Source of the DNA: Anaeramoeba ignava BMAN
Taxonomy: Eukaryota; Protista; Anaeramoebae
Length of the DNA: 64,000 bases
Direction: 5' to 3'
Assembly (NCBI GenBank): GCA_028826165.1
Contig: JAPDFW010000125.1
Coordinates: 310,001-374,000 of the forward strand
The position numbers and the translations under genes were made by a program. Shown here one piece after another: positions 12,514 through 26,215 of this stretch. A model generated the notes under the pieces. That model saw only the letters and a program-made list of their open reading frames with translations, had not been told where the DNA came from and made no database searches. Every line of letters begins with the position of its first letter. Positions within the stretch are counted from its first letter, which is position 1.

Positions 12514-15500
12514 ATGTCTGAAAATACTCAAAAAAAATATCCAACAAATAGTCAAGATTATGAATTGTATTATGAAATTGGATTTGGTGCAACATCAACT
12601 GTTAGTTTTTTTAAAAAAAAATTCTAAACAACATTTTTTGAAAAGATTTTATTAATTAAAATTTTCTCTTTTGATTCTCACTTTTTATTTTTTTTGACTG
12701 ATTCAAAATCTAAATCAAAATTGAAATTAAAATCAAAATCAAATTGAAAAATTAAAATCAAAATCTAAATTAAAATCAAAATCAAAATCAAAATCAAAAT
12801 CAAAATCAAAATCAAAATTTAATTGAAATTTAAATTGAAAAGGTTTGGAAAGCACTTTGTATTCCTTTTAAAGAAATTGTTGCTATTAAAATAATTGATC
12901 TTGAATCTATTTCCATTTCTGTTGAAAAACTATTTAAAGAAATTAAATACTGGAAACTTTGCCAACACAAAAATCTTGTTACATTTTATTGTTCTTTTGT
13001 TCAAAATACAAATATTTGGCTTGTTATGGAATATTTTTCAGAAGGTATTTTTTTATATTTTTATAATTTAATTTTTTTGATATAAAAATAATTCTTCATC
13101 AAATTTTGTTTGCTGATTCAGGTTAAATTTACCATTTTGAATTTAATTTGATTTAATCTAATTTAGATTTAGATTAAATCACAATTTGATTTTGTGATGA
13201 TTAATCATTTGGAATTTATTTTTATTTTATTTGAATATTAAATATTAAATTGAATATTAAATATTAAATTGAATATTGAATTGAATATTGAATTGAATTG
13301 AATTGAATTGAATTGAATTGAATTAAATTGAATTAAATTGAATATTGAATTAAATATTAAATATTAAATTGAATATTGAATTGAATATTGAATTGAATAT
13401 TGAATTGAATATTGAATTGAATTAAATTAAATTGAATATTAAAAATTGAATTGAATTGAATATTAAAAATTGAATTAAATTGAATATTAAATATTAAATT
13501 GAATATTGAATATTAAATATTGAATTGAATTGAATTGAATTGAATTGAATTAGGTATTGAATATTGAATTGAATTGAATTGAATATTGAATTGAATATTG
13601 AATTGAATATTGAATTGAATTGAATTGAATTGAATTGAATATTGAATTGAATATTGAATTGAATTGAATAGAATTGAATTGAATATTGAATTGAATTGAA
13701 TTGAATTGAATATTGAATATTGAATTGAATTGAATTGAATTGAATATTGAATTGAATATTGAATTAAATATTGAATTGAATATTAAATATTGAATATTGA
13801 ATTAAATTGAATATTAAATTGAATATTAAATTGAATATTAAATTAAATATTAAATTAAATATTAAATATTAAATTGAATATTGAATATTGAATTAAAAAA
13901 AATATATAGGAAGTTGTCATGGGATTATTTCTTATAAATATCCAAGAGGAATTAATAATGAAAGTATAATCGCAACAATATTAAAAGAAACACTTCAAGC
14001 AATAGTATATTTACATGAAAATAATCAAATTCATCGAGATATCAAAGCAAGCAATATTCTTATTAAATCAAATGGTGAAATTAAACTTGCAGATTTTGGA
14101 GTAATTGGATCTCTATCAGATCATCCAAAAAATCAATGTAAAACTTTTGTTGGAACTCCTTGTTGGATGAGTCCAGAAATTATTGAAGGTTTACAAAATA
14201 AAAAAGGTTATAATGAAAAAACTGATATTTGGTCTTTGGGAATTACTGCAATAGAATTAGCTGAAGGAAAACCTCCTTTTTTTCATCATCCTTCAATGAA
14301 GGTTTTTATTATAAAATTAAAATCAAAATCAAAATCAAAATTAAAATCAAAATCAAAATTAAAATCGAAATTAAAATCAAAATCAAAATCAAAATTAAAA
14401 TCAAAATCAAAATCAAAATCAAAATCAAAATCAATCAAAATCAAAATCAAAATCAAAATCAAAATCAAAATCAAAATCAAAATCAAAATCAAAATCAAAA
14501 TCAAAATCAAAATTCAAAATCAAAATCAAAATCAAAATCAAAATCAAAATCAAAATCAAAATCAAAATCAAAAATCAAATCAAAATCAAAATCAAAATTA
14601 AAATTAAAATCAAAATTAAAATCAAAATTAAAATTAAAATCAAAATCAAAATCAAAATTAAAATCAAAATCAAAATCAAAATCTAAATCAAAATCAAAAT
14701 TAATTGTGTTTTCAATTTATAAAGATTTTCTTATTAATAGTTGATAATCCACCTCCTTCTTTATCACAAGAATTCTCTAAACCTTTTCAAGATTTTGTAA
14801 ATTTATGTCTGAGAAAGGAACCAAATAAAAGACCATCAGCACAAAAATTATTAAGTCACAAATTCTTAAAATTAGCAAAAAAGCCAGAATATATTGTTGA
14901 AAATGTTCTAAATAATTTACCATCTTTAAAACAAAGAACAGATGAAATGAAAAAGAAAAAATTGGAATCTGTCAATGTCAAAAATGAACCAAATTGGAAT
15001 GAACTTGTAACTTCACCAAATTCTGGGGATCAATTAAATCAAAATCAAAATCAAAATCAAAATCAAAATCAAAATCAAAATCAAAATCAAAATCAAAATC
15101 AAAATCAAAATCAAAATCAAAGCCAAAATCAAAATCAAAATCAAAATCAAAATCAAAATCAAAATCAAAATCAAAATCAAAATCAAAATCAAAATCAAAA
15201 TCTAAATCAAAGCCAAAATCTAAATCAAAATCAAATTCCAAGAACTAAATTTAAAGCAATTAAAGCAAAGTCAGGACAAATTAAACCAACTCAAAAAAAT
15301 TCAAATAAAATGAAACCAACTAAAGCCAATTCAAATAAAATTAAATCAAGTAAAACAAAACAAGTTAAAAAATCAAAAACAAATCAAACAAAATCTGAAA
15401 ATCCTCAAAAAATAGAAAAAAAAACTACAAAAAGAATTTATAAAATTACAAAACTTGATAAACCACCAACAAAAACAAATAAAAAGGAAGATAAAAAAAC

Positions 15501-15558
15501 TAATTATGATTCACCAAATTGGCAAGAATTAGAAAAGCTTTATAACAATTATAATTGA
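12514..15558 (+). CDS. STE20-family kinase, OSR1/SPAK/Fray-like
   Basis: Exons 12514-12600, 12843-13044, 13910-14301, 14725-15558. Motifs [57 protein letters not shown]; QN-repeat and basic tail. Confidence 0.9.
13230..13895. repeat. Intronic (ATTGA)n/(ATTGAAT)n
   Basis: In STE20 intron 2; it is the reverse complement of the unit in the first kinase intron. Confidence 0.93.
14310..14700. repeat. Intronic (AAAATC)n
   Basis: In STE20 intron 3 (14302-14724). Confidence 0.93.
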
Positions 15559-15837
15559 TATTTTCTTTTATTTTTTTATTATATTTTATTTTAAAAATGA
15601 AATCAAAAAGATTTGAATAAAAAAAAAATAATCTTATTATTTTTCTTCTTCTTCTTTTTTATTATTAAAATTGATTTGATCAAATTTTCCAAATGAAGTT
15701 TTAAAACAATTTAATAAATTTAAATTTAGAAAAACTTAAAACCGAAAAAGAAAAAAAATTTATTTTTTTAAAAAAAAAAGAAAAAAATTTTTTTAAATAA
15801 AAATCATTTTTTCTTCTTTGTTTTGTTTAATCTTTAA

Positions 15838-18800
15838 ATGTCATTAATTCCTGAATTTCTTGTAACTGCACTTTATAGTTTTGAAGCATCAGATGATGGA
15901 GAACTTACATTTAAAACTGGAGATAAAATTGTTGTAATTTCTGTTGATGAAGGTAATAAAAAAGCGAAAAGAAAAGAATAAAATAAAAAAAAAACAAAAC
16001 AAAATCAACAAAAAAAAATACTTGTTTATAGGATGGTGGACAGGTTATTTAGCAGATGATCCTTCAAAAGTTGGGATGTTTCCTTATAAGTAGTTTAATT
16101 ATAATTAATTTATTAATTATTTTATTAATTATTTTATTAATTAATTTATAAATTATTTTATTAATTATTTTATTAATTATTTTATTAATTATTTTATTAA
16201 TTATTTTATAAATTATTTTATTAATTATTTTATTAATTATTTTATAAATTAATTTATAAATTATTTTATTAATTAATTTATTAATTATTTTATTAATTAT
16301 TTTATTAATTATTTTATTAATTATTTTATTAATTATTTTATTAATTATTTTATTAATTAATTTATAAATTATTTTATTAATTATTTTATTAATTATTTTA
16401 TTAATTATTTTATTAATTATTTTATAAATTATTTTATTAATTATTTTATTAATTATTTTATTAATTATTTTATTAATTATTTTATTAATTATTTTATTAA
16501 TTATTTTATAAATTATTTTATTAATTATTTTATTTATTATTTTTATTAATTATTTTATTAATTATTTTATAAATTATTTTATTAATTATTTTATTAATTA
16601 TATTATTAATTATTTTATAAATTATTTTATTAATTAATTTATTAATTATTTTATTAATTATTTTATTAATTATTTTATTAATTATTTTATTAATTATTTT
16701 ATAAATTATTTTATTAATTATTTTATTAATTATTTTATTAATTATTTTATTAATTATTTTATTAATTATTTTATAAATTATTTTATTAATTATTTTATTA
16801 ATTATTTTATTAATTATTTTTATTAATTATTTTATAAATTATTTTATTAATTATTTTATTAATTATTTTATAAATTATTTTATTAATAATTTTATTAAAT
16901 ATTTTATTAAATATTTTATTAAATATTTTATTAATTATTTTATTAATTATTTTATTAATTATTTTATTAATTATTTTATTAATTATTTTATTAATTATTT
17001 TATTAATTATTTTATTAATTATTTTATTAATTATTTTATTAATTATTTTATTAATTATTTTATAAATTAATTTATTAATTATTTTATTAATTATTTTATT
17101 AATTATTTTATAAATTATTTTATAAATTATTTTATTAATTATTTTATTAATTATTTTATTAATTATTTCATTAATTATTTTATTAATTATTTTATTAATT
17201 ATTTTATTAATTATTTCATAAATTATTTTATTAATTATTTTATTAATTATTTTGTTAATTATTTTATTAATTATTTTATAAATTATTTTATTAATTATTT
17301 TATTAATTATTTTATAAATTATTTTATTAATTATTTTATAAATTATTTTATTAATTAATTTATAAATTATTTTATTAATTAATTTATTAATTATTTCATA
17401 AATTATATTATTAATTATTTTATTAATTATTTTATTAATTATTTTATAAATTATTTTATTAATTATTTTATTAATTATTTTATTAATTATTTTATTAATT
17501 ATTTTATAAATTATTTTATAAATTATTTTATTAAATATTTTATAAATTATTTTATAAATTATTTTATAAATTATTTTATTAATTATTTTATTAATTATTT
17601 TATTAATTATTTTATTAATTATTTCATAAATTATTTTATTAATTATTTTATTAATTATTTTATTAATTATTTTATTAATTATTTTATAAATTATTTTATT
17701 AATTATTTTATTAATTATTTTATAAATTATTTTATTAATTATTTTATAAATTATTTCATAAATTAATTTATAAATTATTTTATTAATTATTTTATTAATT
17801 ATTTTATTAATTATTTTATTAATTATTTTATTAATTATTTTATTAATTATTTTATTAATTATTTTATTAATTATTTTATTAATTATTTTATTAATTATTT
17901 TATTAATTATTTTATAAATTATTTTATTAATTATTTTTGATAAGTTATGTTGAAAGAGTTGGTGATAATGACCAAGAAACAGAAGATGAATTAGATAAGA
18001 AAAACGAAAAAGAACCAAAAGAAATAGAAAAGAACCCAAAAAACAAAAAACAAAAAGAAGAAAAAAAAAGCAATATAAAGAACAATGGGAATATAGAAAT
18101 AGAAATTGAGAAAGAAAACACAACAAAAAACGAAGAAAAAACCAACGAAGATTCACCAAAAGAAAAAAGACAAGAAACGGTTGTAAATCCGAATGAGAAA
18201 TACATAATAGAAGAAGGATTTAAATGGAGTAGAAACCCAACAAAAACATATTTAGAAGTATCAATAACAGGAACAGAAAAACGGGGGAATTTCAAGAAAT
18301 TTTTAACATACGAGATTCACACAGAGCCTGGAAATCACAAAGTATATCACAGATACTCACATTTCTTCTGGCTTTATGAGCAACTTCGGAGGATGTTCCC
18401 AAATATTCGGATCCCAATTTTACCTGAAAAAAAGGCGACAGGAAAATTCAAAGAAGCGTTTATTCAATCGCGTAAAAAAGACTTAGAGAAGTTTCTCAAG
18501 CGTGTAGCGCAGCATCCTGTGCTTTCTGAATGTTATTTCTTTTTAGATTTTCTGCAAAATGACAAGGAAATTATATGGGAAGAATCCAAACGGAAAGTGG
18601 AACGAGATCACCGTTCGTTCTGGAGAACAGTTGAAACTGTTCCTGTTCTGAGTGATGATGTTACTGAAAATCAAACAAAGCAAAATATCCAGAAATTCAA
18701 GTCTCATAATATCCTTTTTGAACAGGCTTTTAAGCTTCTTCACAAAAATTTGGATGATATTAATCTTCTTATGAAACAATGCTCTCTTGTTTCTAAAGAG

Positions 18801-20075
18801 TTATCTTCCTCTATGAATCATGTTGCTGATATTAGTCTTGATTGGAATAAATCTGTTGATTCTGAAAAAAATTCTTTGCAATCAACAGAATTGAAGTTGG
18901 ATTCTTTTTTAAAACATTTCTCTTCTTTTTGGAAGGGATTTTCTGAAGAATTATTGAAGAAAGTAATTCATTTGCAAAACAAATTATAATTTTAATATCA
19001 AAATGAATTATAATTTTAATATCAAAATGAATTTTAATTTTAATATCAAAACAAATTATAATTTTAATATCAAAATGAATTTTAATTTTAATATCAAAAT
19101 GAGTTTTAATTTTAATATCAAAATGAATTTTAATTTTAATATCAAAATGAATTTTAATTTTAATTTCAAAATGAATTTTAATTATAATATCAAAATGAAT
19201 TTTAATTTTAATTTTAATATCAAAATGAATTTTAATTTTAATTTTAATATCAAAATGAATTTTAATTTTAATTTTAATTTTAATATCAAAATGAATTTTA
19301 ATTTTAATATCAAAATGAATTATAATTTTAATATCAAAATGAATTATAATTTTAATATCAAAATGAATTATAATTTTAATATCAAAATGAATTTTAATTT
19401 TAATATCAAAATGAATTATAATTTTAATATCAAAATGGATTTTAATTTTAATATTAAAATGAATTATAATTTTAATATCAAAATGGATTTTAATTTTAAT
19501 ATCAAAATGAATTTTAATTTTAATATCAAAATGAATTTTAATTTTAATATCAAAATGAATTTTAATTTTAATTTTAATTTTTAATTTCAATTCTAATTTA
19601 TTTCAAAGACTGAAGAAGAAAGAGCTTTAATTTCAAATTTTGGTGAATTTAATATCTCTTCTCCTAGTTTTATTGATGTTTTTAAAAATTTTGAAATATC
19701 TTTAACAGATTTACATTCAAAAATGAATTTACTTGCAAAAGCAGAAACAAAAAGTAGAAATGTTGAAGAAATCCAAAAAATATCAGAGGAATCAAAAAAA
19801 AAGATGGTTATTTCAAGCTCAATCACTTTAGCTGAAATTAACCATTTTCATAGCATAAGAATAAAAGATATTAAGCAAATACTTCAAAAATTTGTTGACA
19901 TTCAACATGTTTTTTACACAAAAGTAATTATTTAAATTTATTATTTCAAAAACAAAATTCTCATTTTTATTCCACTTTTTTTTTTATTGATTAAATTTTT
20001 TTTTTTTTTTAGATCTTAAAAGAACTTGAAGAAATAAAACCAGAAATTGATTCAATTAAAATTGATGAAAATTAA
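15838..20075 (+). CDS. SH3-PX-BAR sorting nexin (SNX9/18/33-like architecture)
   Basis: Exons 15838-15952, 16032-16089, 17945-18962, 19609-19923, 20013-20075. SH3: ALYSF..ELTF..GWW..GMFPYNYV. PX: HRYSHFFWLYEQL..PILPEK..SRKKDLEKFL..HPVL. BAR end: AEINHFHSIRIKD. Confidence 0.9.
16100..17935. repeat. Intronic 12-bp tandem repeat (TTAATTATTTTA)n
   Basis: In SNX intron 16090-17944; source of the spurious KIIN ORF. Confidence 0.96.
18980..19585. repeat. Intronic ~24-bp tandem repeat (TTTAATATCAAAATGAATTTTAAT)n
   Basis: In SNX intron 18963-19608. Confidence 0.94.
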
Positions 20076-20210
20076 AAAAAAAACTTTTATTTTTTTTATG
20101 TTTGCTTGTTTTTTTTTTTCTTTTTTTTAAATAATTAAAATTAAAAAGGAAAAAAAAAGCAAAAAATAAAAATAAAAAAATCATTTTTTTTTTCATTTTT
20201 CTATTTCTAA

Positions 20211-23200
20211 ATGTTTCAACCAAATTATCTTTCAAAAGATTATCCTCGTTCTTGGCATTCTTTTGAGCATTTTCAATATACTTCACAAGAATATCCAGAT
20301 GAAGTATTTCCACAAAAACGAGTTGCACATTCTTCAGTTATTTATAAAGAAAAAATGTATATTTTTTCTGGTTTCCAAATTTATAGTGAGACTTTTAGTG
20401 ATCTTTATTCTTATGATTTGAGTACATTTTCAACTTAATATTAAACTTAATTATAATTTTGATTTTAATTATAATTTTAAATATAATTTTAATTTTAAAT
20501 ATAATTTTAATTTCAATTTTAATATTAAATATAATTTTAATTTCAATTTAATTTTAATTTTAATTTTAATTTTAATTTTAATTTTAAATATAATTTTAAA
20601 TGGGAAGTTGATAAAAAATGGAAAAAAGAAGAGCAATATGGAGAAATTCCTTATGGTAGAAATGGCCATTCAGCAATTGTAGCTCAAGATTTAATGTGGA
20701 TTTTCGGAGGAGCTGATGAAAATGAAATTTATTTAAATGAATTATATTCATATAATTTTGGTAAAATTAGATTTAAAAATAAATTTAAAAATAGATTTAA
20801 AAATAGATTTAAAAATAGATTTAAAAATAAATTTAAAAATAAATTTATAATTAAATTTAAAAATAAATTTAAAAATAGATTTAAAAATAGATTTAAAAAT
20901 AGATTTAAAAATAGATTTAAAAATAGATTTAAAATTAGATTTAAAAATAGATTTAAAAATAGATTTAAAATTAGATTTAAAATTAAATTTAAAAATAAAT
21001 TTAAAAATAGATTTAAAAATAAATTTAAAAATAGATTTAAAAATAGATTTAAAAATAAATTTAAAATTAAATTTAAAAATTAAATTTAAAATTAAATTTA
21101 AAAATAGATTTAAAATTAAATTTAAAAATAGATTTATAAATAGATTTAAAAATAGATTTAAAAATAGATTTAAAAATAGATTTAAAATTAGATTTAAAAA
21201 TAGATTTAAAAATAAATTTAAAAATAGATTTAAAAATAGATTTAAAAATAGATTTAAAATTAGATTTAAAAATTAAATTTATAATTAAATTTAAAAATTT
21301 ATAATTAAATTTATAATTAGATTTAAAAATAGATTTAAAAATAGATTTAAAAATAGATTTAAAAATAGATTTAAAAATAGATTTATAATTAAATTTTAAA
21401 ATTAAATTTAAAATTAGATTTAAATTTAGATTTAAAAATAGATTTAAAAATAGATTTAAAATTAGATTTAAAATTAAATTTATAATTAGATTTAAAATTA
21501 AATTTAAAATTAGATTTAAATTTAAAAATTAGATTTAAAATTAGATTTAAAATTAGATTTAAAAATAGATTTAAAAATAGATTTAAAAATAAATAGATTT
21601 AAAAATAGATTTATAAATAGATTTAAAAATAGATTTAAAATTAGATTTATAATTAGATTTAAAATTAAATTTATAATTAGATTTAAATTTAAAAATAGAT
21701 TTAAAAATAAATTTAAAAATAGATTTATAAATAGATTTAAAAATAGATTTAAAATTAAATTTAAAATTAAATTTAAAATAGATTTATAATTAAATTTAAA
21801 AATAGATTTATAATTAAATTTAAAAATAGATTTATAATTAAATTTAAAAATAGATTTAAAATTAAATTTAAAAATAGATTTAAAAATAGATTTAAAAATA
21901 AATTTAAAAATTAAATTTAAAAATAGATTTATAATTAAATTTAAAAATAGATTTAAAATTAGATTTAAAAATAGATTTAAAATTAAATTTATAAATAGAT
22001 TTAAAAATAGATTTAAAAATAAATTTAAAAATTAAATTTAAAAATAGATTTAAAATAAATTTATAAATAGATTTAAAAATAGATTTAAAAATAGATTTAA
22101 AATTAGATTTAAAAATAGATTTATAATTAGATTTAAAATTAGATTTAAAAATAGATTTATAATTAAATTTATAATTAAATTTAAAAATAGATTTAAAATT
22201 AGATTTAAAATAGATTTAAAAATAGATTTAAAAATAGATTTAAAAATAGATTTAAAAATAGATTTAAAAATAGATTTAAAAATAGATTTAAAAATAGATT
22301 TAAAAATAGATTTAAAAATAGATTTAAAAATAGATTTAAAAATAGATTTAAAATTAGATTTAAAATTAGATTTAAAATTAGATTTAAAAATAGATTTAAA
22401 AATTAGATTTAAAAATATTTATATTGAAATATTTTTGGAAATTCCCAAAAAAAAAAAAGAAACAAAAATGTGGAAAAAAGAACAAGCAAATTCACAATTT
22501 CCAAGTGAAAGAGTTCTTCATTCAGCATTTTTAATTAATGAAAAAGAAATGGCAATTTTTGGAGGAGTAAATCAACAAGGAAATTTACTATTTGATTTAA
22601 ATATTTTCAATTTTGAAACTAAAATATGGAGAACTATTCAAAATACACCAAAAATGAATGATGAAATGAATTGTTTTTTATTTGAAAATCGATTGTATGC
22701 TTTTGATGATTCTTTTAAAAAAACATTTACTTTTGATTTTTTGAATGAAGAATGGTCAGATTCAATAGAAAATGAAGGTTCTTTTCCTAAAGTTAATATG
22801 GGTGTTTCTTTTTCTGTTATTGGAAATGCTGTTTTTATTTTTGGTGGATTTCCTGAACCTAAATCCGATTTATCCAAATTATACCTTTATTATCCTCATA
22901 AACATCAATTTGTTTCTTTTATATTGGATGATACTCCTATTTCAAGATGTGATTATTTCTTTTTATAAATTTAATAATCAATTTAATATTCAATTTATAT
23001 TCAATTTAATAATAATCAATTTATTAATATTCAATTTAAAAATACTCAATTTAAAAATATTCAATTTAATAATATTCAATTTAAAAATATTCAATTTAAA
23101 AATATTCAATTTAATAATATTCAATTTAAAAATAATCAATTTAAAAATCAATTTAATAATCAATTTAATAATATTCAATTTAATAATATTCAATTTAATA

Positions 23201-25958
23201 ATATTCAATTTATTAATAATCAATTTAAAAATATTCAATTTATGTTAATTTAAAAATATTCAATTTAATAATCAATTTATATTCAATTTAAAAATATTTA
23301 ATTTAAAAATATTTAATTTAAAAATATTCGATTTAATAATCAATTTATTAATATTCAATTTTAATAATCAATTTAATAATATTCAATTTAAAAATATTTA
23401 ATTTAAAAATATTCAATTTAAAAAATATTCAATTTAAAAATATTCAATTTAAAAATCAATTTATTAATATTCAATTTAATAATATTCAATTTAAAAATAT
23501 TCAATTTAATAATATTCAATTTAATAATATTCAATTTAATAATATTTAATTTAATAATATTCAATTTAATAATATTCAATTTAATAATATTCAATTTAAT
23601 AATATTCAATTTAATAATATTCAATTTAATAATATTCAATTTAATAATATTCAATTTAAAAATATTCAATTTAAAAATATTCAATTTAATAATATTCAAT
23701 TTAATAATCTTCAATTTAATAATCAATTTAATAATATTCAATTTAATAATATTCAATTTAATAATATTCAATTTAATAATATCCAATTTAATAATATTCA
23801 ATTTAATAATATTCAATTTAAAAATATTCAATTTAATAATATTCAATTTATGTTTAATTTAATATTCAATTTAATAATATATCTAAAAAATTCAAAAGAT
23901 AAGCATAGTGCATCAGTTTATCAAACAGAAAACGAAACTCATGTTCTAATATTTGGAGGAATACACAAAGAAGAAACATGTTTCAACGAATTACATGAAT
24001 ACACATTTCCAAAGGGATTTATACCGTATCCAACTTTTGTATCAGCTGGAGAAATATTCGAAGAAAAAATATACATTTACGGAGGAATGGGAGTTGGAGA
24101 ACATACAACAAGAGCACTTATCGAATACAATATAGAAGAAAAAAGATGGAGAGAAATAAAGACGACGGGAGAAATCGTGCCAGCATTATACGGAGCAGGA
24201 CATTTACTTTATAAAGATTGTATGCTGATATATGGAGGGATAGTGGACGAAGATATCAGCAACACATTTTACGCTCTAGACTTGCGCAAATTCGAATGGC
24301 GCATATTGGCATCTGGAGAGAAATGTCCTAGGCTTACTTTGCCTTACTTGTTTTCTGTTCAGGATACTCTCTTCCTTGTTGGGTCGCAAGCAGATACCAG
24401 AAAAATCGAACTTTATCGTTTTGATTTCACGTCAAAAAATTTCGAAAGTTTGCTGATTCTTGGAAATGATATTGAATATGAAGAAACACCTCCTATTGTT
24501 TTCCATCAAAATAAACTGTTTGTCCTTTTGGGTAAGAGTGTTATTTGGGCTTCTTTTGCGGATCCTTCAAAAACGGCTTTTGAGCCGCAATTAATCCAAT
24601 TGGAGCCTTCACCCCAAATGAAGATCCTCGACGGAGACGAGAAGACAGAGAATCTGGCGCGGACATTGTGCACACCTGTTGTTGTCAACGATAAAATCTT
24701 TGTTTATTCGGGATTGGGGATGACTGATGATAATGCGTCCGATTTGAGCATCGTTATTGATCTATCAGAAAAAACATATAAATTAATCACAAAAACAGAG
24801 CTTAAAAAACCCGCGTGTTTTGGTTATCTTCCGCTTGTGTATTCAAACAACACTATCATTTTGTTCGGCGGTGGACGCAGTCATTCCTTTAAGGATTCAA
24901 ACATTCTTTCTTTCCTTCAATTAGAACCCCCACCAAACCCCATATTTTCTGATTTCGAACAACTTCGTCAATCTCAAGAAACGGCGCAGACAGTGTTTTC
25001 TATTCACACACAAACGGGGAGAAAGGAATTCAAGATCCACGATGCAGTCCTCCTTTCTCGCTGCAAAAAATGGGATCCAAATATAAAAGCCGCTGTTATC
25101 TCGCTCTTCGAGATCATAGGACCAGATCTTGTTGACCATATTTTCCACTTTATTTATTCGGCTCAGATTTCTGATGAACTTCTTGAATCGACTTCGTTCG
25201 ATAATCTTTGCGCTATTTTCTCAATTGCGTTAACTCTCGGAATCGATTTTTTGAGGCGGAAATGCGAGCAAATTCTCATCCAAAACCACCTCAATATCTC
25301 CACTTGTTTGGAGCTTCTTGTTCTTTTTGATTCCGTTGAATCCAAAAACTCCAAAAATTCTGTTCTTTGTTTAATTGCTGAAAATCAAGAAAGTCTTTTT
25401 GCGCAATTCGAACAGATCTCCAAGCTTTCTTCCACATCCCCGCACTTAACACAGGAAATCGAGGCTTGCATTTCGAATCCTGATAACTTTGTGGTGCAAA
25501 AGGAATTTGCATTGGGTCCCAAACAAGCGCAAACGGACTTTATTGAAGATATGAGTAAATTGTTTGATTCTCAACGCGGATCAAATTTTATAATTAATGC
25601 TTATGATCTTGACGCGAAACATACTAAACCAATAAACACGCACCGCGATGTGTTGTACGCCAGAAGCGAGCTCTACCGCGGTATGTTTATCAGCGTTATG
25701 GATGAATCAAATTCCGTTACTGATATGAGTAACAGATCTTACAAGGCTGTTTATTCTTTTGTTAAATATCTTTATACTGGTGATTTGGATCAAAATTTGG
25801 AAATTTCTGTTTTGAATGAACTTTTGGATGCTTGGATTTATTATGGTTTAACTGATAATCATCTTCAGTTGATTTGTCAAGAAAGAATTAATCAAATTGA
25901 GAATTCTCTTTTGAAGAAAAATCAATTAAAAAATAACCAAGAGAATGAGAATATTTAA
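20211..25958 (+). CDS. Kelch-repeat protein with two C-terminal BTB/POZ domains (LZTR1-like architecture)
   Basis: Exons approximately 20211-20421, 20608-20760, 22460-22948, 23899-25958. Many RxxHS..IFGG..N.L kelch blades, followed by two BTB-type segments (FKIHDAVLLSRC..FIYS; THRDVLYARSELYRGMF..FVKYLYTG). Confidence 0.85.
20765..22415. repeat. Intronic 12-bp tandem repeat (AAAAATAGATTT)n
   Basis: In Kelch-BTB intron 20761-22459. Confidence 0.95.
22970..23875. repeat. Intronic 15-bp tandem repeat (AATATTCAATTTAAT)n
   Basis: In Kelch-BTB intron 22949-23898. Confidence 0.94.
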
Positions 25959-26088
25959 AACAATTTAAATTTTAAAAAAATTAAAAAAAATTTAAAAAAA
26001 TTTAAAGAAATTTCATTTAAAATTCAATTTGAAAAAAGTTTTTCTTTTCTTTTCTTTTGTTTCTTTTTTTTTGATTGAATTTTGAAAC

Positions 26089-26215
26089 TGAAATTTTTTT
26101 AAAGAATTATTTGAAATTTTTTTAAAGAATTATTTGAAATTTTTTTAAAGAATTATTTGAAATTTTTTAAAGAATTATTTGAAATTTTTTTAAAGAATTA
26201 TTTGAAATTTTTTTA
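26089..26215. repeat. Intergenic/3'UTR ~23-bp tandem repeat (TGAAATTTTTTTAAAGAATTATT), about 5.5 copies
   Basis: Lies between the convergent Kelch-BTB and CapZ-alpha stop codons; no spacers. Confidence 0.9.

Noticed and set aside
16810-18159. Long low-complexity ORFs (KIIN, NFNF, KNRF, KIDL, IFIF, YLYL; e.g. 16810-18159, 18832-19590, 61610-63334)
   Set aside because: They are stop-free readings of intronic repeats whose period is a multiple of 3, and they lie inside GT..AG introns of recognisable genes.
26089-26215. CRISPR-like 23-bp repeats (also 6555-6722)
   Set aside because: Head-to-tail repeats with no spacers and no cas genes, in a eukaryotic context.
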